A stretch of 64,000 nucleotides of DNA, from positions 19,514 through 83,513 of the forward strand of contig JAJDTP010000006.1 in NCBI GenBank assembly GCA_022827095.1, in the 5' to 3' direction. This DNA comes from Dehalococcoidia bacterium. Lineage in GTDB: Bacteria; Chloroflexota; Dehalococcoidia; Lucifugimonadales; UBA3495. The notes under the pieces are model-generated. The model was given only the letters and a program-made list of their open reading frames with translations, was not told the origin of the DNA and ran no database searches. The position numbers and the translations under genes are program-made. Positions 10,229 to 21,889 of this stretch are shown here, piece by piece; within the stretch, counting starts at the first letter, position 1, and the number at the start of each line of letters is the position of its first letter.

Positions 10229-10591
10229 TTACGTCTTGCCGTGGTCAACCTCGTCAGGCGCCGGCTCTTTGAAGGGTTCGCCCCGCGCTTCGGCTTGGTC
10301 TCGACGCTGGATCCATTCCCGCCAGCGCTGGTTGGCTTCCTCGCGGGCTTGGCGGCGTGTTCGCTCTTGCCATATTCCTGCCAGTACCATTCTCATTACC
10401 TCCATGAGCGGCCAAGTCGCCGCTAGCGCCCAGGCCACGATTTGCCCGCCGTCGTCAAAGACCATCTCCGCGGTCAGTTGCCACGTTTCCGGCCGGTGAT
10501 TGTGTGTAATCAACAGTAGGTCAATGGCAATTGCCGCTGCTATCGCCAAGTAGAACGCAGTGAAGGCCTGGGCGGCCCGTTCCGGCGGCAC
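10229..10591 (-). CDS. Hypothetical two-TM membrane protein with charged C-terminal tail
   Basis: Two hydrophobic segments followed by WREWIQRRDQAEARGEPFKEPAP. Fills the gap between pccB and the LLM gene on the same strand. Start is uncertain. Confidence 0.65.
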   Translation of the reverse strand: MPPERAAQAFTAFYLAIAAAIAIDLLLITHNHRPETWQLTAEMVFDDGGQIVAWALAATWPLMEVMRMVLAGIWQERTRRQAREEANQRWREWIQRRDQAEARGEPFKEPAPDEVDHGKT

Positions 10592-10649
10592 GCTGGGTAT
10601 GGCGATCCACCCTGGCCCATTGTTTCACTCTCTTGCCACCGTGCTCTCA

Positions 10650-12218
10650 TTATAGCGGGATGTTACCGTGCTTCTTGGCCGGCAAAGTGTCCCGCTTGTT
10701 TTGCAGCATTTCCAGGGCGCGGATGACGGTTGCGCGTGTGCTGGCCGGATCGATCACATCGTCCAGGTAGCCGCGGTTGGCGGCCACATAGGGGTTGGTG
10801 AATCGCTCCTGGTAATCGGCGATTAGCTCGGCGCGGCGGGCGTCAGGGTCGTCGGCGTTGCTGATCTCCTCCCGGTAAATGATGTTCACTGCGCCGTCCG
10901 GGCCCATGACGGCGATTTCGGCGCTGGGCCAGGCGAGGTTCACGTCCGAGCGCAGGTGCTTGCTGCTCATGACGATATATGCGCCGCCGTAGGCCTTGCG
11001 GGTGATCAGCGCTACCTTGGGCACGGTGGCCTCCGCGTAGGCGTAGATAAGCTTCGCGCCGTGGCGGATGATGCCGCCGTATTCCTGCTCTGTCCCCGGC
11101 ATGAAGCCCGGCACGTCCACCAGCGTTACCAGCGGCACGTTGAAGCAGTCGCAGAACCGCACGAAGCGAGCTGCCTTGGCCGACGCGTTGATGTCCAGCA
11201 CGCCGGCCAGGTACGCCGGCTGGTTGCCGACCAACCCCACGGTGCGGCCGGCCATCCTGGCGAAACCGACTACCACGTTGGGGGCGTATCCGGCCTGGAC
11301 TTCCATGAAGTCCTCGTCGTCGACGATGTGGTAGATGATCTCTCGAATGTCGTAGGGGCGGTTGGGCTCGGCCGGCACGATGCCGCGCAGGGCTTCGTCG
11401 GCGCGGTCAACCGGATCGCCGGAGCGGTAGCCGGGCGGGTCGTCCAGGTTGTTGAGCGGCAGGAACGAGATCAGACGGCGCAGTTCCTCGAGGCACTCCT
11501 CCTCGGAATCGGCAACGAAGTGCGCCACGCCGCTGCGGGCCGCGTGGGCGTCGGCGCCGCCAAGCTGTTCGTGGGTCACGTCTTCCCCGGTGACCGCACG
11601 CACCACGTCGGGGCCGGTGATGTACATCTGGCCGGTTCCCCGCACCATGAAGATAAAGTCGGTGATGGCCGGCGAGTAGACTGCGCCGCCGGCGGAAGGG
11701 CCCATGATGACCGAGATCTGCGGCACCACGCCGGAGTACATGGTGTTGCGCAGGAAGATGTCGCCGTAGGCGGCCAGGCTCAGCGCCCCTTCCTGGATGC
11801 GGGCGCCGCCGGAGTCGCAGATGCCGATCATGGGACAGCCAGTTTTTGCGGCCAGGTCCATGACCTTGCAGATCTTCTGGCCCACCACCTCGGAAAGCGA
11901 TCCCCCGAACACCGTGAAGTCCTGGGCGTAGGCGAAGACCTGGCGGCCGTCGATGTTGCCGTAGCCGGTGACCACGGCGTCGCCGAGGAAGGTGCGATCA
12001 GCCAATCCGAAGTCGGTGGTGCGGTGGGTGACGAAGCGGTCGATCTCGGTGAACGTGCCGTCATCCATCAGGGCTTCCAACCGCTCCCTAGCGGTCATCT
12101 TGCCCCGCTGGTGCTGCTGGTCGATGCGACGCTGGCCGCCGCCGAGGGCGGCCTGGTCTTGCAGCCGGAGCAGGTTTTCCAAACCCGGATCGGTCATGGC
12201 TTCTTCTGGTGTGGACAA
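10650..12218 (-). CDS. pccB: Acyl-CoA (propionyl/methylmalonyl-CoA) carboxylase, carboxyltransferase subunit
   Basis: [53 protein letters not shown] and KKHGNIPL. Confidence 0.92.
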   Translation of the reverse strand: MSTPEEAMTDPGLENLLRLQDQAALGGGQRRIDQQHQRGKMTARERLEALMDDGTFTEIDRFVTHRTTDFGLADRTFLGDAVVTGYGNIDGRQVFAYAQDFTVFGGSLSEVVGQKICKVMDLAAKTGCPMIGICDSGGARIQEGALSLAAYGDIFLRNTMYSGVVPQISVIMGPSAGGAVYSPAITDFIFMVRGTGQMYITGPDVVRAVTGEDVTHEQLGGADAHAARSGVAHFVADSEEECLEELRRLISFLPLNNLDDPPGYRSGDPVDRADEALRGIVPAEPNRPYDIREIIYHIVDDEDFMEVQAGYAPNVVVGFARMAGRTVGLVGNQPAYLAGVLDINASAKAARFVRFCDCFNVPLVTLVDVPGFMPGTEQEYGGIIRHGAKLIYAYAEATVPKVALITRKAYGGAYIVMSSKHLRSDVNLAWPSAEIAVMGPDGAVNIIYREEISNADDPDARRAELIADYQERFTNPYVAANRGYLDDVIDPASTRATVIRALEMLQNKRDTLPAKKHGNIPL

Positions 12219-12337
12219 TTCCGGCCTCCGTGGACGATGCTATCGAGACGCTCGGCGTGGCGGCAAACCCGAGCGTCGGTACGTGCCCTCTTGGGCGGAT
12301 AAGTATAATGGTTCCGGTAATCCCGCGCCTTTCCGAA

Positions 12338-13228
12338 ATGGAGAACGATTTGACTGCATGCCAACAGTCCTCGCGACGCAAAGCGCCCAAGCTCATCGTG
12401 GCTGGGGGCGAACCGCTGGTTTGGGGCCGGCGGACCTACGTGATGGGCATTATCAACCTGGCGCCAGACTCTTTCTCCGGGGACGGGCTGGCCGGGGATG
12501 TATCCGCAGCGGTTGAACTGGCGCGTCGGATGGAGGACGACGGCGCGGACATGCTGGACGTGGGCGCGGAGTCGACGCGGCCGGGCAGTACGCCGGTGTC
12601 CGCGTCAGCCGAGGCGGACCTGCTGCTGCCGGCGCTGGAGGCCGTCTGCCGCGCCGTGCAAATTCCGGTGAGCGTGGACACCTACAAGGCCCCGGTGGCG
12701 CGGCGGGCGATAAGGGCGGGAGCATCCATCGTCAACGATGTTTGGGGTCTGCTTGCCGACGGCAATATGGCGCGGGTAATCGCGGACGCCGGCGTTCCGG
12801 CAATCCTGATGCACAACCAGCGGGAGGCGGAATACGACGACCTGGTTCCCGATGTGATATCCGGACTCCGCCGGATCGCCGGTATAGCCGGCGCTGCCGG
12901 TATCGCCGATCACAATGTGATCCTTGACCCCGGCATCGGTTTCGGCAAGACCGCCGACCACAACCTGGAGCTGCTGCGGCGACTGCCGGAGCTACAGGAA
13001 CTCGGCTACCCGATGCTGCTGGGGGTCTCGCGAAAGTTGACCATTGGCCGCGTGCTGGGATTGCCCACGGATGACCGGGTGGAGGGCACCGCGGCGGCGG
13101 TGGCCCTGAGCATCGCTGGCGGCGCGGAAATCGTAAGGGTGCACGACGTAAGACAAATGGTGCGGGTGGCCCGCATGACCGACGCCATTGTGCGCGACTG
13201 GAGGCCTGACGGATGGCCGAGCCGATAA
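12338..13228 (+). CDS. folP: Dihydropteroate synthase
   Basis: VMGIINLAPDSFSGDG, DVGAESTRPG, SVDTYK, DPGIGFGK, SRK and RVHDV. Start re-called downstream of a TATAAT at 12304. Confidence 0.95.
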   Translation: MENDLTACQQSSRRKAPKLIVAGGEPLVWGRRTYVMGIINLAPDSFSGDGLAGDVSAAVELARRMEDDGADMLDVGAESTRPGSTPVSASAEADLLLPALEAVCRAVQIPVSVDTYKAPVARRAIRAGASIVNDVWGLLADGNMARVIADAGVPAILMHNQREAEYDDLVPDVISGLRRIAGIAGAAGIADHNVILDPGIGFGKTADHNLELLRRLPELQELGYPMLLGVSRKLTIGRVLGLPTDDRVEGTAAAVALSIAGGAEIVRVHDVRQMVRVARMTDAIVRDWRPDGWPSR

Positions 13229-13728
13229 CAACCTACCTGTGCCTCGGTGGAAACCTGGGCGACCGCATGGCGGCACTGACCCAGGCGTTGCAACTCCTCA
13301 ATTCGACGGTAGGTATGCGCCGAACTGGGTGTTCATCGGTGTACGAGACCGAGCCGTGGGCGGTGGCGGATCAGCCCAACTTCCTCAATCTGGTGGCCGC
13401 CTACGAGACCACGCTGTCGCCGGAAGAACTGCTGGCGGCGTGCAAGTCCGTAGAGGCGGAGGTTGGCCGCGTCGAGTCCTACCGCTGGGGGCCGAGGCTG
13501 ATCGACGTGGATATCCTGCTGTACGGCGACCAAGTAGTGGATTCGTCAGAACCGGACTTGCAGATACCGCACCCGCGCATGGCGCAGCGGGCGTTCGTGC
13601 TGGTGCCGCTGGCGGAGATTGCGCCGGATTTGGCCGTGCCGCCGCAGGGCAATACCGTGCGGCGGCTGCTGTATGAAGTGGCCGGACAGGAGGGTGTAGT
13701 ACGGTGGGGGAGCCCGCCCCCACCGTGA
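13213..13728 (+). CDS. folK: 2-amino-4-hydroxy-6-hydroxymethyldihydropteridine diphosphokinase
   Basis: YLCLGGNLGDR, SSVYETEP, FLN, RWGPRLIDVDIL and IPHPRM..RAFVLVPL. Confidence 0.95.
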   Translation: MAEPITTYLCLGGNLGDRMAALTQALQLLNSTVGMRRTGCSSVYETEPWAVADQPNFLNLVAAYETTLSPEELLAACKSVEAEVGRVESYRWGPRLIDVDILLYGDQVVDSSEPDLQIPHPRMAQRAFVLVPLAEIAPDLAVPPQGNTVRRLLYEVAGQEGVVRWGSPPPP

Positions 13729-13739
13729 AGCCTCACTCG

Positions 13740-16100
13740 TCAGTTGGCGCAGAACTGCAAACCAAGGGCGTCGAAGTCGTTGTCCGCAACCCCTTGCAGG
13801 GCAAGCGGGACGCAGCCGGTCAGCTGGTTGCCGGCGAGGCGGCTTATTTCCAAGTTGACCAAGTTCCCCAACTCCGACGGTATCGGGCCGGTCAACTGGT
13901 TGCTATTGAGGTACAACCGCTCCAGGCTGTTAAGGCTGCCCAGCCAGGCAGGAACGGGCCCGGTCAGCTGGTTGCCCCACAGGTATAGACGCGTCAGCTT
14001 GGTGAGGTTCTGCAACTCAGATGGTATGGGCCCGGTCAGCTGGTTCCCGCCCAGGTTCAGGTCATCCAGGTTGGTCAGATTGCCTAGCCAAGTAGGCAAG
14101 TCTCCGGTCAACTGGGTTTCGTTGAGATCAAACCGACGCAGATTGGATAGGTTGCCCAGCCAGATAGGAATAGGTCCGGTCAAATGGTTATCGTTGAGGC
14201 GCAAAGTTTGCAGGTTGGAGAGGTTGCCTAGCCGGGAGGGTATCGGCCCATCCAACTGGTTGCCATTGAGGCGCAACGCTTGCAGGTTGGAGAGGTTGCC
14301 CAGCTGGGACGGTATCGTCCCGGTCAACTCGTTGTTGTTTAGACGCAGGTCGGCTAGGTTGGTGAGGCTGCTTAGGGAAGAGGGTATCTCTCCCCGCAAC
14401 CGGTTGTCGCCAAGTTGCAACCGTTCCAGGTTGTTCAAGTTGCCCAGCCAAGCCGGAATGGAGCCGGTCAGTTGGTTCCCCCACAGGTGTAGGTAGATCA
14501 GATTGGAAAGGCGGCTCAGGTCATCCGGTATTGGTCCTTCAAGGTCGTTGCCGCCGAGGGACAGCGTCTCCAACTTGGAGAGGTTCCCCAGGGAGGGAGG
14601 CAAGATCCCGGTCAATTGATTCCGGCCGAGGGACAGGTTCGTCAGGTTGGTGAGACGCACTAGCTCTGGCGGTATCGTCCCGGTCAACTCGTTGCTGCTT
14701 AGGCGTAGGTCGGTCAGGTTGGAGAGGCTGCCCAGTTGGGATGGTATCTGGCCGGTCAACTGGTTCTCATAAAGGTATAGGAGTTCAAGATTGGAGAGGT
14801 TGCCCAGCGTCGTTGGAATTAGCCCGGTGAGTTGGTTGCGACTGAGGATTAGCCGTTTCAGGTTGTCGAGGTTGCCCAGTTGGGATGGTATTTGGCCGGT
14901 CAACTGGTTCTCATAGAGGTATAGGAGTTCAAGATTGGATAGATTGCCCAGCGTCGTTGGAATCGCCCCGGTCAGTTGGTTGCGGCTGAGGCTGAGCCGT
15001 TTCAATCTGGGAAGTTCCCCCAACTCCGCCGGTATCTCTCCTGTAAATTGGTTGCCGGACAGCCACAGCTCCTCCAGGTTTGACAGTTCGCCGAGCCAAG
15101 CAGGTACAGGGCCAGTCAGTTGGTTTCCCCAAAGGGATAGGTCAGTCAGATTGGGAAGACTGGTGAACTCTCGAGGTATCGGGCCTTGGAGATTGTTCAT
15201 TCTGAGAGCCAATGCGGTAACCTGTCCGTTGGCATCGGTGATGACTCCGTGCCACTCCCGCATTGGCCGGTCACTTAGCCAGTTGGAACTGTCCGTCCAA
15301 TTCGCCCCGCCCGTGGCGTTAAAGATGGTGACCAAGGCCGCTCGGTCTGCAGACGAATCCATGGCCGCGCAACTGCTGCCATACATTTGATCTATGCTTT
15401 GGAGCCACGACTGGAACGTGCTATCGACGGGCGCGCAGAGTGCCGGGTTATTGTAAAAAGCGAGATACTCCAGCGCAGTAAGCCGAATCATATCTTGCGG
15501 TAGTGTACCGGTAAGTTCGTTCCTCCACAGGCGTAGTTCCTTCAAGTTAGTGAGGTTGCCCAGCTCCGGCGGTATCGCACCCTGAAGGTTGTTTTCTCCC
15601 ATATCTAGTTCGGTGACCCGGCCATTGTCGTCGGTGGTTACGCCGTGCCACTCCCCAATGGGTTGGTCGCTGAGCCATCCGTCGTTGTTCGTCCAGTTGG
15701 GGCCGTCCGTGGCGTTGTAGAGGGCGACCAGCACATCCCGGTCGGTTGCTGACGGCGCGGGAGCAGTGGCGGCTGGGGTGGTTGGCGCGGGAGCAGTGGC
15801 GGCTGGGGTGGTTGGCGCGGGAGCAGTGGCGGCTGGGGTGGTTGGCGCGGGAGCAGTGGCGGCTGGGGTGGTTGGCGTGGGAGCAGTGGCGGCCGGAGTG
15901 GTTGGCGTGGGAGCAGTGGCGGCCGGAGTGGTTGGCGTGGGAGCAGTGGCGGCCGGAGTGGTTGGCACAGAGGCTTCAGGTTCGTTGCCTCCGCAAGCGA
16001 CGACCACGGTCATCAGCAGGGCAACGGCGGCAACGGCCAGGATCGTCCGCCACGACAGAGGTGCTATAGCCAACGGGCCGGATCTGCTTGATTTGCGCAT
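13740..16100 (-). CDS. Secreted lipoprotein with roughly 20 plant-type 24-aa leucine-rich repeats, two N-cap domains and a Pro/Thr/Ala linker
   Basis: Lipobox VVVAC-GG. Repeats follow LxxLxLxxNQLTGxIPxxLGxLxx. The cap DRxxLVxxxNATxGxNWTxxxxWLSDxPxxEWHGVxTDxNGxVT occurs twice. Confidence 0.92.
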   Translation of the reverse strand: MRKSSRSGPLAIAPLSWRTILAVAAVALLMTVVVACGGNEPEASVPTTPAATAPTPTTPAATAPTPTTPAATAPTPTTPAATAPAPTTPAATAPAPTTPAATAPAPTTPAATAPAPSATDRDVLVALYNATDGPNWTNNDGWLSDQPIGEWHGVTTDDNGRVTELDMGENNLQGAIPPELGNLTNLKELRLWRNELTGTLPQDMIRLTALEYLAFYNNPALCAPVDSTFQSWLQSIDQMYGSSCAAMDSSADRAALVTIFNATGGANWTDSSNWLSDRPMREWHGVITDANGQVTALALRMNNLQGPIPREFTSLPNLTDLSLWGNQLTGPVPAWLGELSNLEELWLSGNQFTGEIPAELGELPRLKRLSLSRNQLTGAIPTTLGNLSNLELLYLYENQLTGQIPSQLGNLDNLKRLILSRNQLTGLIPTTLGNLSNLELLYLYENQLTGQIPSQLGSLSNLTDLRLSSNELTGTIPPELVRLTNLTNLSLGRNQLTGILPPSLGNLSKLETLSLGGNDLEGPIPDDLSRLSNLIYLHLWGNQLTGSIPAWLGNLNNLERLQLGDNRLRGEIPSSLSSLTNLADLRLNNNELTGTIPSQLGNLSNLQALRLNGNQLDGPIPSRLGNLSNLQTLRLNDNHLTGPIPIWLGNLSNLRRFDLNETQLTGDLPTWLGNLTNLDDLNLGGNQLTGPIPSELQNLTKLTRLYLWGNQLTGPVPAWLGSLNSLERLYLNSNQLTGPIPSELGNLVNLEISRLAGNQLTGCVPLALQGVADNDFDALGLQFCAN
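14729..15004. repeat. Near-identical tandem duplication with 144-bp period (two LRR units) inside the LRR gene
   Basis: TGCCCAGTTGGGATGGTATYTGGCCGGTCAACTGGTTCTCATA starts at both 14729 and 14873. Confidence 0.85.
15751..15966. repeat. 30-bp tandem repeat x7 encoding PTTPAATAP(T/A)
   Basis: Unit GTTGGCGYGGGAGCAGTGGCGGCYGGRGTG: four copies of one variant followed by three of another. Confidence 0.95.
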
Positions 16101-16200
16101 AGAACCTCCCTCGTGCCTGATATTTGCACGGCTGGCGGTATCTCAGAAAACAGCATCCGCCGGCCTGCCTTGCATTTTCCTATGACATGGTGTTTACAGG

Positions 16201-16420
16201 CCGGCGCAGCGTCAACCATGAGGTAGTGGGTGGTTTGGGGCACGGCGTCCTAAGAAATGACCACCTCGCCGGGGTTTGGCGCGTCACAAAGTTCGACGTT
16301 GGTGATAGGTGGAACGCTGCCCTAGGCCTCTGCCGGCGGTGCGCCGACAACGACAACGCTTACGAGGGAGATCAAGATGGCGGCGGGGAATGGTGCAGCG
16401 AGAAAATTCAAGGATTTCAT
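16201..16420 (-). pseudogene. Pseudogene fragment of a secreted fibronectin-III-like protein
   Basis: From ATG 16420 (GAGGGA RBS): MKSLNFLAAPFPAAILISLVSVVVVGAPPAEA*GSVPPITNVELCDAPNPGEVVIS*DAVPQTTHY. Signal peptide ends in AEA. The two in-frame TAG codons fall where Q (CAG) and W (TGG) would fit. Confidence 0.65.
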
Positions 16421-16573
16421 TTATTCCCTCAGTGTCTAGTGGAACAGATGCCTGGTACACGCCTCAGTGTATGTCACCGCCGGCACAGTCAGTCATATAC
16501 TGTAGGCTATGAACTTGATCAGACGGTAGTACACCGAGCCGTCGAGTTCGAATATAGTTTGGATATTGTCGTT

Positions 16574-16828
16574 CTAGCTGTTTTCACGACAGATTTCGAG
16601 ATGTCGTTGAATATCATCCATGTCCATGCTACCGGTGTCCAGTTCGTGTTGGAGGAAATCTCGGTAGTCACTGACGGATCTAAATCCTTCTGCATTTTTC
16701 AGGTAGTCCCCTTGCCACTTCCAGTTGCAGTTGGCAAGGTCCTTGACCGGATCTCCACCGATCCCGCCACAAGACAATGCCGCTCCAATGACCAAGGCGC
16801 CGATGACTGGAATGGCGATTTTGAGCAT
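16574..16828 (-). CDS. Small hypothetical lipoprotein (84 aa)
   Basis: GGAGG RBS, then MLKIAIPVIGALVIGAALSC-GG (lipobox-like). Lower GC than neighbouring genes. Confidence 0.6.
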   Translation of the reverse strand: MLKIAIPVIGALVIGAALSCGGIGGDPVKDLANCNWKWQGDYLKNAEGFRSVSDYRDFLQHELDTGSMDMDDIQRHLEICRENS

Positions 16829-17288
16829 TTTCTTCCTCCCCGGCCAATCGCTCCCGGCCAATCGCTTGCCGTTCCAACGGATTACGCTGGTTATTGGCTG
16901 ATGATTGTATAGATTTCATAGGCTAATGTGGCTGGATGAATGAAACCTTTTTCGCACACCCAATGTGATTGGTAGGAGCCTCTTGTTGCCTGTGGAAAGT
17001 ACCATATATATGGCACGATATCCATAGACGATTGTCTATGAAACGAGAAAACTGCGGACATCTTGACCGTGGGGTAAAATTGACGCGCGCTACCGGTCCG
17101 TCCGGTACAGGTAGCGGATGTCCCAGAGGCCGAAGAGCGTGGCGGTGGTGTTGCCGAAGACGTTGCGCACGGCGGCGATGCGCTCGTCCTGGACTGTGCA
17201 GATGCAATTAATTCTGCAATTATCAGTATCCAAAAGTCCGGCGGCCATTATAATCAGAGGGTCAACCCGCTACCCAGGAGGCGTTACC

Positions 17289-18920
17289 ATGTCCATCACC
17301 CAACTCACCCGCAGCGCCGTGTACGGCCAGAATGGCATGGTCTGCTCGAACTCGCCCCTGGCGGGGGCAGCCGGACTCCGTGTCATGCAGGATGGCGGGA
17401 ATGCCTTCGACGCCGCCCTGGCGGTTGCGGCCGTGGAATGCGTTACCCTGGTGCCAGTTTGCGGCCTGGGCGGCGATTCGTTCATCCTGGCCTACGACGC
17501 CAAGAGCGGCCGGGTCACCAACATCAACAGCAGCGGGGTTGCCGCGTCGGGCGCTGATGCCGAACACTACCGCAGCCAGGGCCTGGCCTTGATGCCCATA
17601 CAGGGGCCGCACTCGATATCCGTGCCCGGAGAGGCCGCCGCGTGGGAGACCATGCACCGCAGTTTCGGCACTATGCCCTTTGCGGACCTGCTGGCCCCTG
17701 CCATCCAGTACGCGGATCGAGGGTTCCCGGTGTCGCCTCGCATCGCGCGGTCTTTCGCCGGAAACGCCGAGTTACTGGGACGTTTCGCGGCCACCGCCGA
17801 CATCTACCTGACCAACGGCGGGCGGTCGCCCCGAGTCGGTGAGGTCCTGGTCAACGGCGATTTGGCGAACACGATGCGCGCTGTTGCCGAGGGTGGCGCC
17901 GACGCTTTCTACCGCAGCGACATCGCTGCGAAGATGGTTGAGGGGCTGAACAATGCCGGCGGGTTGTTCACCGAGGCCGATTTCGCCGGCCATTACGCCG
18001 ACGTGGGCGACGCGATCACCACCACGTACCGCGAGCACACCGTGTACCAGACCCGCCCGCCGTCCCAGGGGTTCCTGCTGCTGGAGATGCTGAACATCGT
18101 CAGCGGTCACGACCTGTCGTCGATGACGCCGAACTCGGCGGACTCGATACACCTGCTGGTGGAAGCGAAGAAGATCGCGTACTCGGACCGCAATCGTCTC
18201 GCCGGCGACCCGAACTTCGTTGACTGGCCGCTGGACGGCCTGCTGTCGTCAGAGTACGCCGACCTGCGCCGCGAGCAGATCCATCCCTTCCAGGCCGGCG
18301 ATGAAGTCCGCCCCCTGGTTCCGGTGAACGGCCACGGCGACACCACGTATTTCTGCGTCGCTGACGGCGAGGGCAATGCGGTCAGCTGGATCCACAGCCT
18401 GTCCAACGGGTTCGGTTCGGGCGTCGTCGCTCCTGGCACCGGCGTGCTGTTCAACAACCGTGCCGGGCGTGGATTTAGCCTGGAACCGGACCATCCCAAC
18501 GTCATTGCCCCGGGCAAGCGGACCATGCACACGCTGAACTGCTACCTGACCACGGTGGGCGGTGAGGTGTCCATTGTCGGTGGTACGCCCGGCGGGGATG
18601 TCCAGCCGCAGGTGGGGATCCAGATGCTGACCAAGTTGATTGACGGGGGGCTGCAACCCCAGGACGCCGTTGAATCGCCGCGTTGGCACAGTTTCCCCGG
18701 CACCGACCCGGCGACGATCAACCGCGCCGGTGAGCTCAGAGTAGAGATGGGCATGCCGGACGACACGATCCGGGACCTGGGTCGGATGGGGCACAACGTG
18801 GTGCAGAACCCGCTGGGTTCCTACCACGGCGTGGTGCAACTCATCGTGCGGGACCGGCGCCGTGGCGTGCTGGCGGGAGCCTCCGACCCGCGGGGAGATG
18901 GCCAGTCCGTGGCCTATTGA
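17289..18920 (+). CDS. ggt: Gamma-glutamyltransferase family (Ntn hydrolase), no signal peptide
   Basis: GGNAFDAA, GLGGDSF, VPG, PPSQG, GDTTYF (nucleophile Thr), GFGSG, PGKR, GTPGG and SDPRGDG. AGGAG RBS before ATG 17289. Confidence 0.92.
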   Translation: MSITQLTRSAVYGQNGMVCSNSPLAGAAGLRVMQDGGNAFDAALAVAAVECVTLVPVCGLGGDSFILAYDAKSGRVTNINSSGVAASGADAEHYRSQGLALMPIQGPHSISVPGEAAAWETMHRSFGTMPFADLLAPAIQYADRGFPVSPRIARSFAGNAELLGRFAATADIYLTNGGRSPRVGEVLVNGDLANTMRAVAEGGADAFYRSDIAAKMVEGLNNAGGLFTEADFAGHYADVGDAITTTYREHTVYQTRPPSQGFLLLEMLNIVSGHDLSSMTPNSADSIHLLVEAKKIAYSDRNRLAGDPNFVDWPLDGLLSSEYADLRREQIHPFQAGDEVRPLVPVNGHGDTTYFCVADGEGNAVSWIHSLSNGFGSGVVAPGTGVLFNNRAGRGFSLEPDHPNVIAPGKRTMHTLNCYLTTVGGEVSIVGGTPGGDVQPQVGIQMLTKLIDGGLQPQDAVESPRWHSFPGTDPATINRAGELRVEMGMPDDTIRDLGRMGHNVVQNPLGSYHGVVQLIVRDRRRGVLAGASDPRGDGQSVAY

Positions 18921-19121
18921 TGTCCCGCAAGCGCGGGCTTGAGACTCCTTCTCTCGGCTAGGCGGGCGGGCCTCTACGCTCTGGTCTCGGGCTGCTGCCG
19001 GCGCTTCCCTACTCGGTGGGTTTGCCGGATCTACGACTCTAATTGGTCGCCAGAATACTGGCGGGCCGGCTTCCGGAGAAACAGCCGACCGGGTTTTGGA
19101 CGCAGTACTGAAACGTCCAGT

Positions 19122-19655
19122 TCACTCCTCTGGAAAGTAGTAGATCGCCGGCAGGCCGCGGTACCGCTCGTCGAAGTCCATGCCGTAACCCACGACGAAG
19201 TGGTTGGGGATGGTGAACCCGACGTAGTCGTACTGGACCTCAACCGCCCGACGGTCCGGTTTGTCCAGAAGGGTGCAATAGCGCAATGAGGCGGGTTCCA
19301 GGCCGCTGATGTAGTTTTTCACGGCCACGCAGGTATATCCGGTGTCCGCGATGTCGTCCACGATGAGCACATGCTGGCCGCCTAGATGGCTGGGATCTAA
19401 AGTGCCGGTCAGCCTGACGTCGCCGGAGGATTGGGTGCCGCCGCCGTAGCTGCTGGCCCGCACGAATTCGAGGCGATGTACTTCGGCCTGCAAAACCCGC
19501 AACAGGTCCGCGGTGAAGATCGCCGCGCCCTTGAGGACGCACACGATTACCATGCCGGTGGTCGCGTAGTCGCGGTCGATTTCGCGGGCCAGCGTGGCAA
19601 CGCCGGCCCGAAGCTCGTCTTCGGGGATCAGGACGGCCAGGCCGTCACGTCGCAT
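19122..19655 (-). CDS. hpt: Hypoxanthine phosphoribosyltransferase
   Basis: VLKGA, ASSYG, VLIVDDIADTGYT (PRPP loop), LLDKP and FVVGYGMD..ERYRGLP. Confidence 0.94.
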   Translation of the reverse strand: MRRDGLAVLIPEDELRAGVATLAREIDRDYATTGMVIVCVLKGAAIFTADLLRVLQAEVHRLEFVRASSYGGGTQSSGDVRLTGTLDPSHLGGQHVLIVDDIADTGYTCVAVKNYISGLEPASLRYCTLLDKPDRRAVEVQYDYVGFTIPNHFVVGYGMDFDERYRGLPAIYYFPEE

Positions 19656-19683
19656 CGCGGTGGCCCCGGAACCGAAGGGTGGA

Positions 19684-21729
<2,046 letters not shown>

Positions 21730-21889
21730 TTACTGTAACGCAGTACAACAATATCCAGTATGGACACCCTTAGCATTATACCAAATCTGTCGTTCCTTTG
21801 CCATGACGCAGACGTCAGCAATTCACGGATTTTAGGAAATCCGCCAAAGATTTTGGACGATTTCGGGGCGGGTTCGGACCGCTTTCGTA

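Noticed and set aside
15751-15966. Regular 30-bp repeat as a possible CRISPR array
   Set aside because: No unique spacers, it is in frame within a CDS, and there are no cas genes.
16201-16420. Amber read-through or pyrrolysine recoding of the two in-frame TAGs
   Set aside because: TAG is a normal stop for many genes here (ltaE, gyrB, OGG1 copy 1). Both stops are single transitions and the gene is also truncated.
16124-16912. 262-aa plus-strand ORF
   Set aside because: No RBS or motif. The minus strand explains the region better (lipoprotein plus pseudogene).
18921-19121. 200-bp gap with small hairpins between convergent ggt and hpt as a possible ncRNA
   Set aside because: No SRP, 6S, tmRNA or RNase P signature is recognisable. 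The hairpins are short and compatible with termination.
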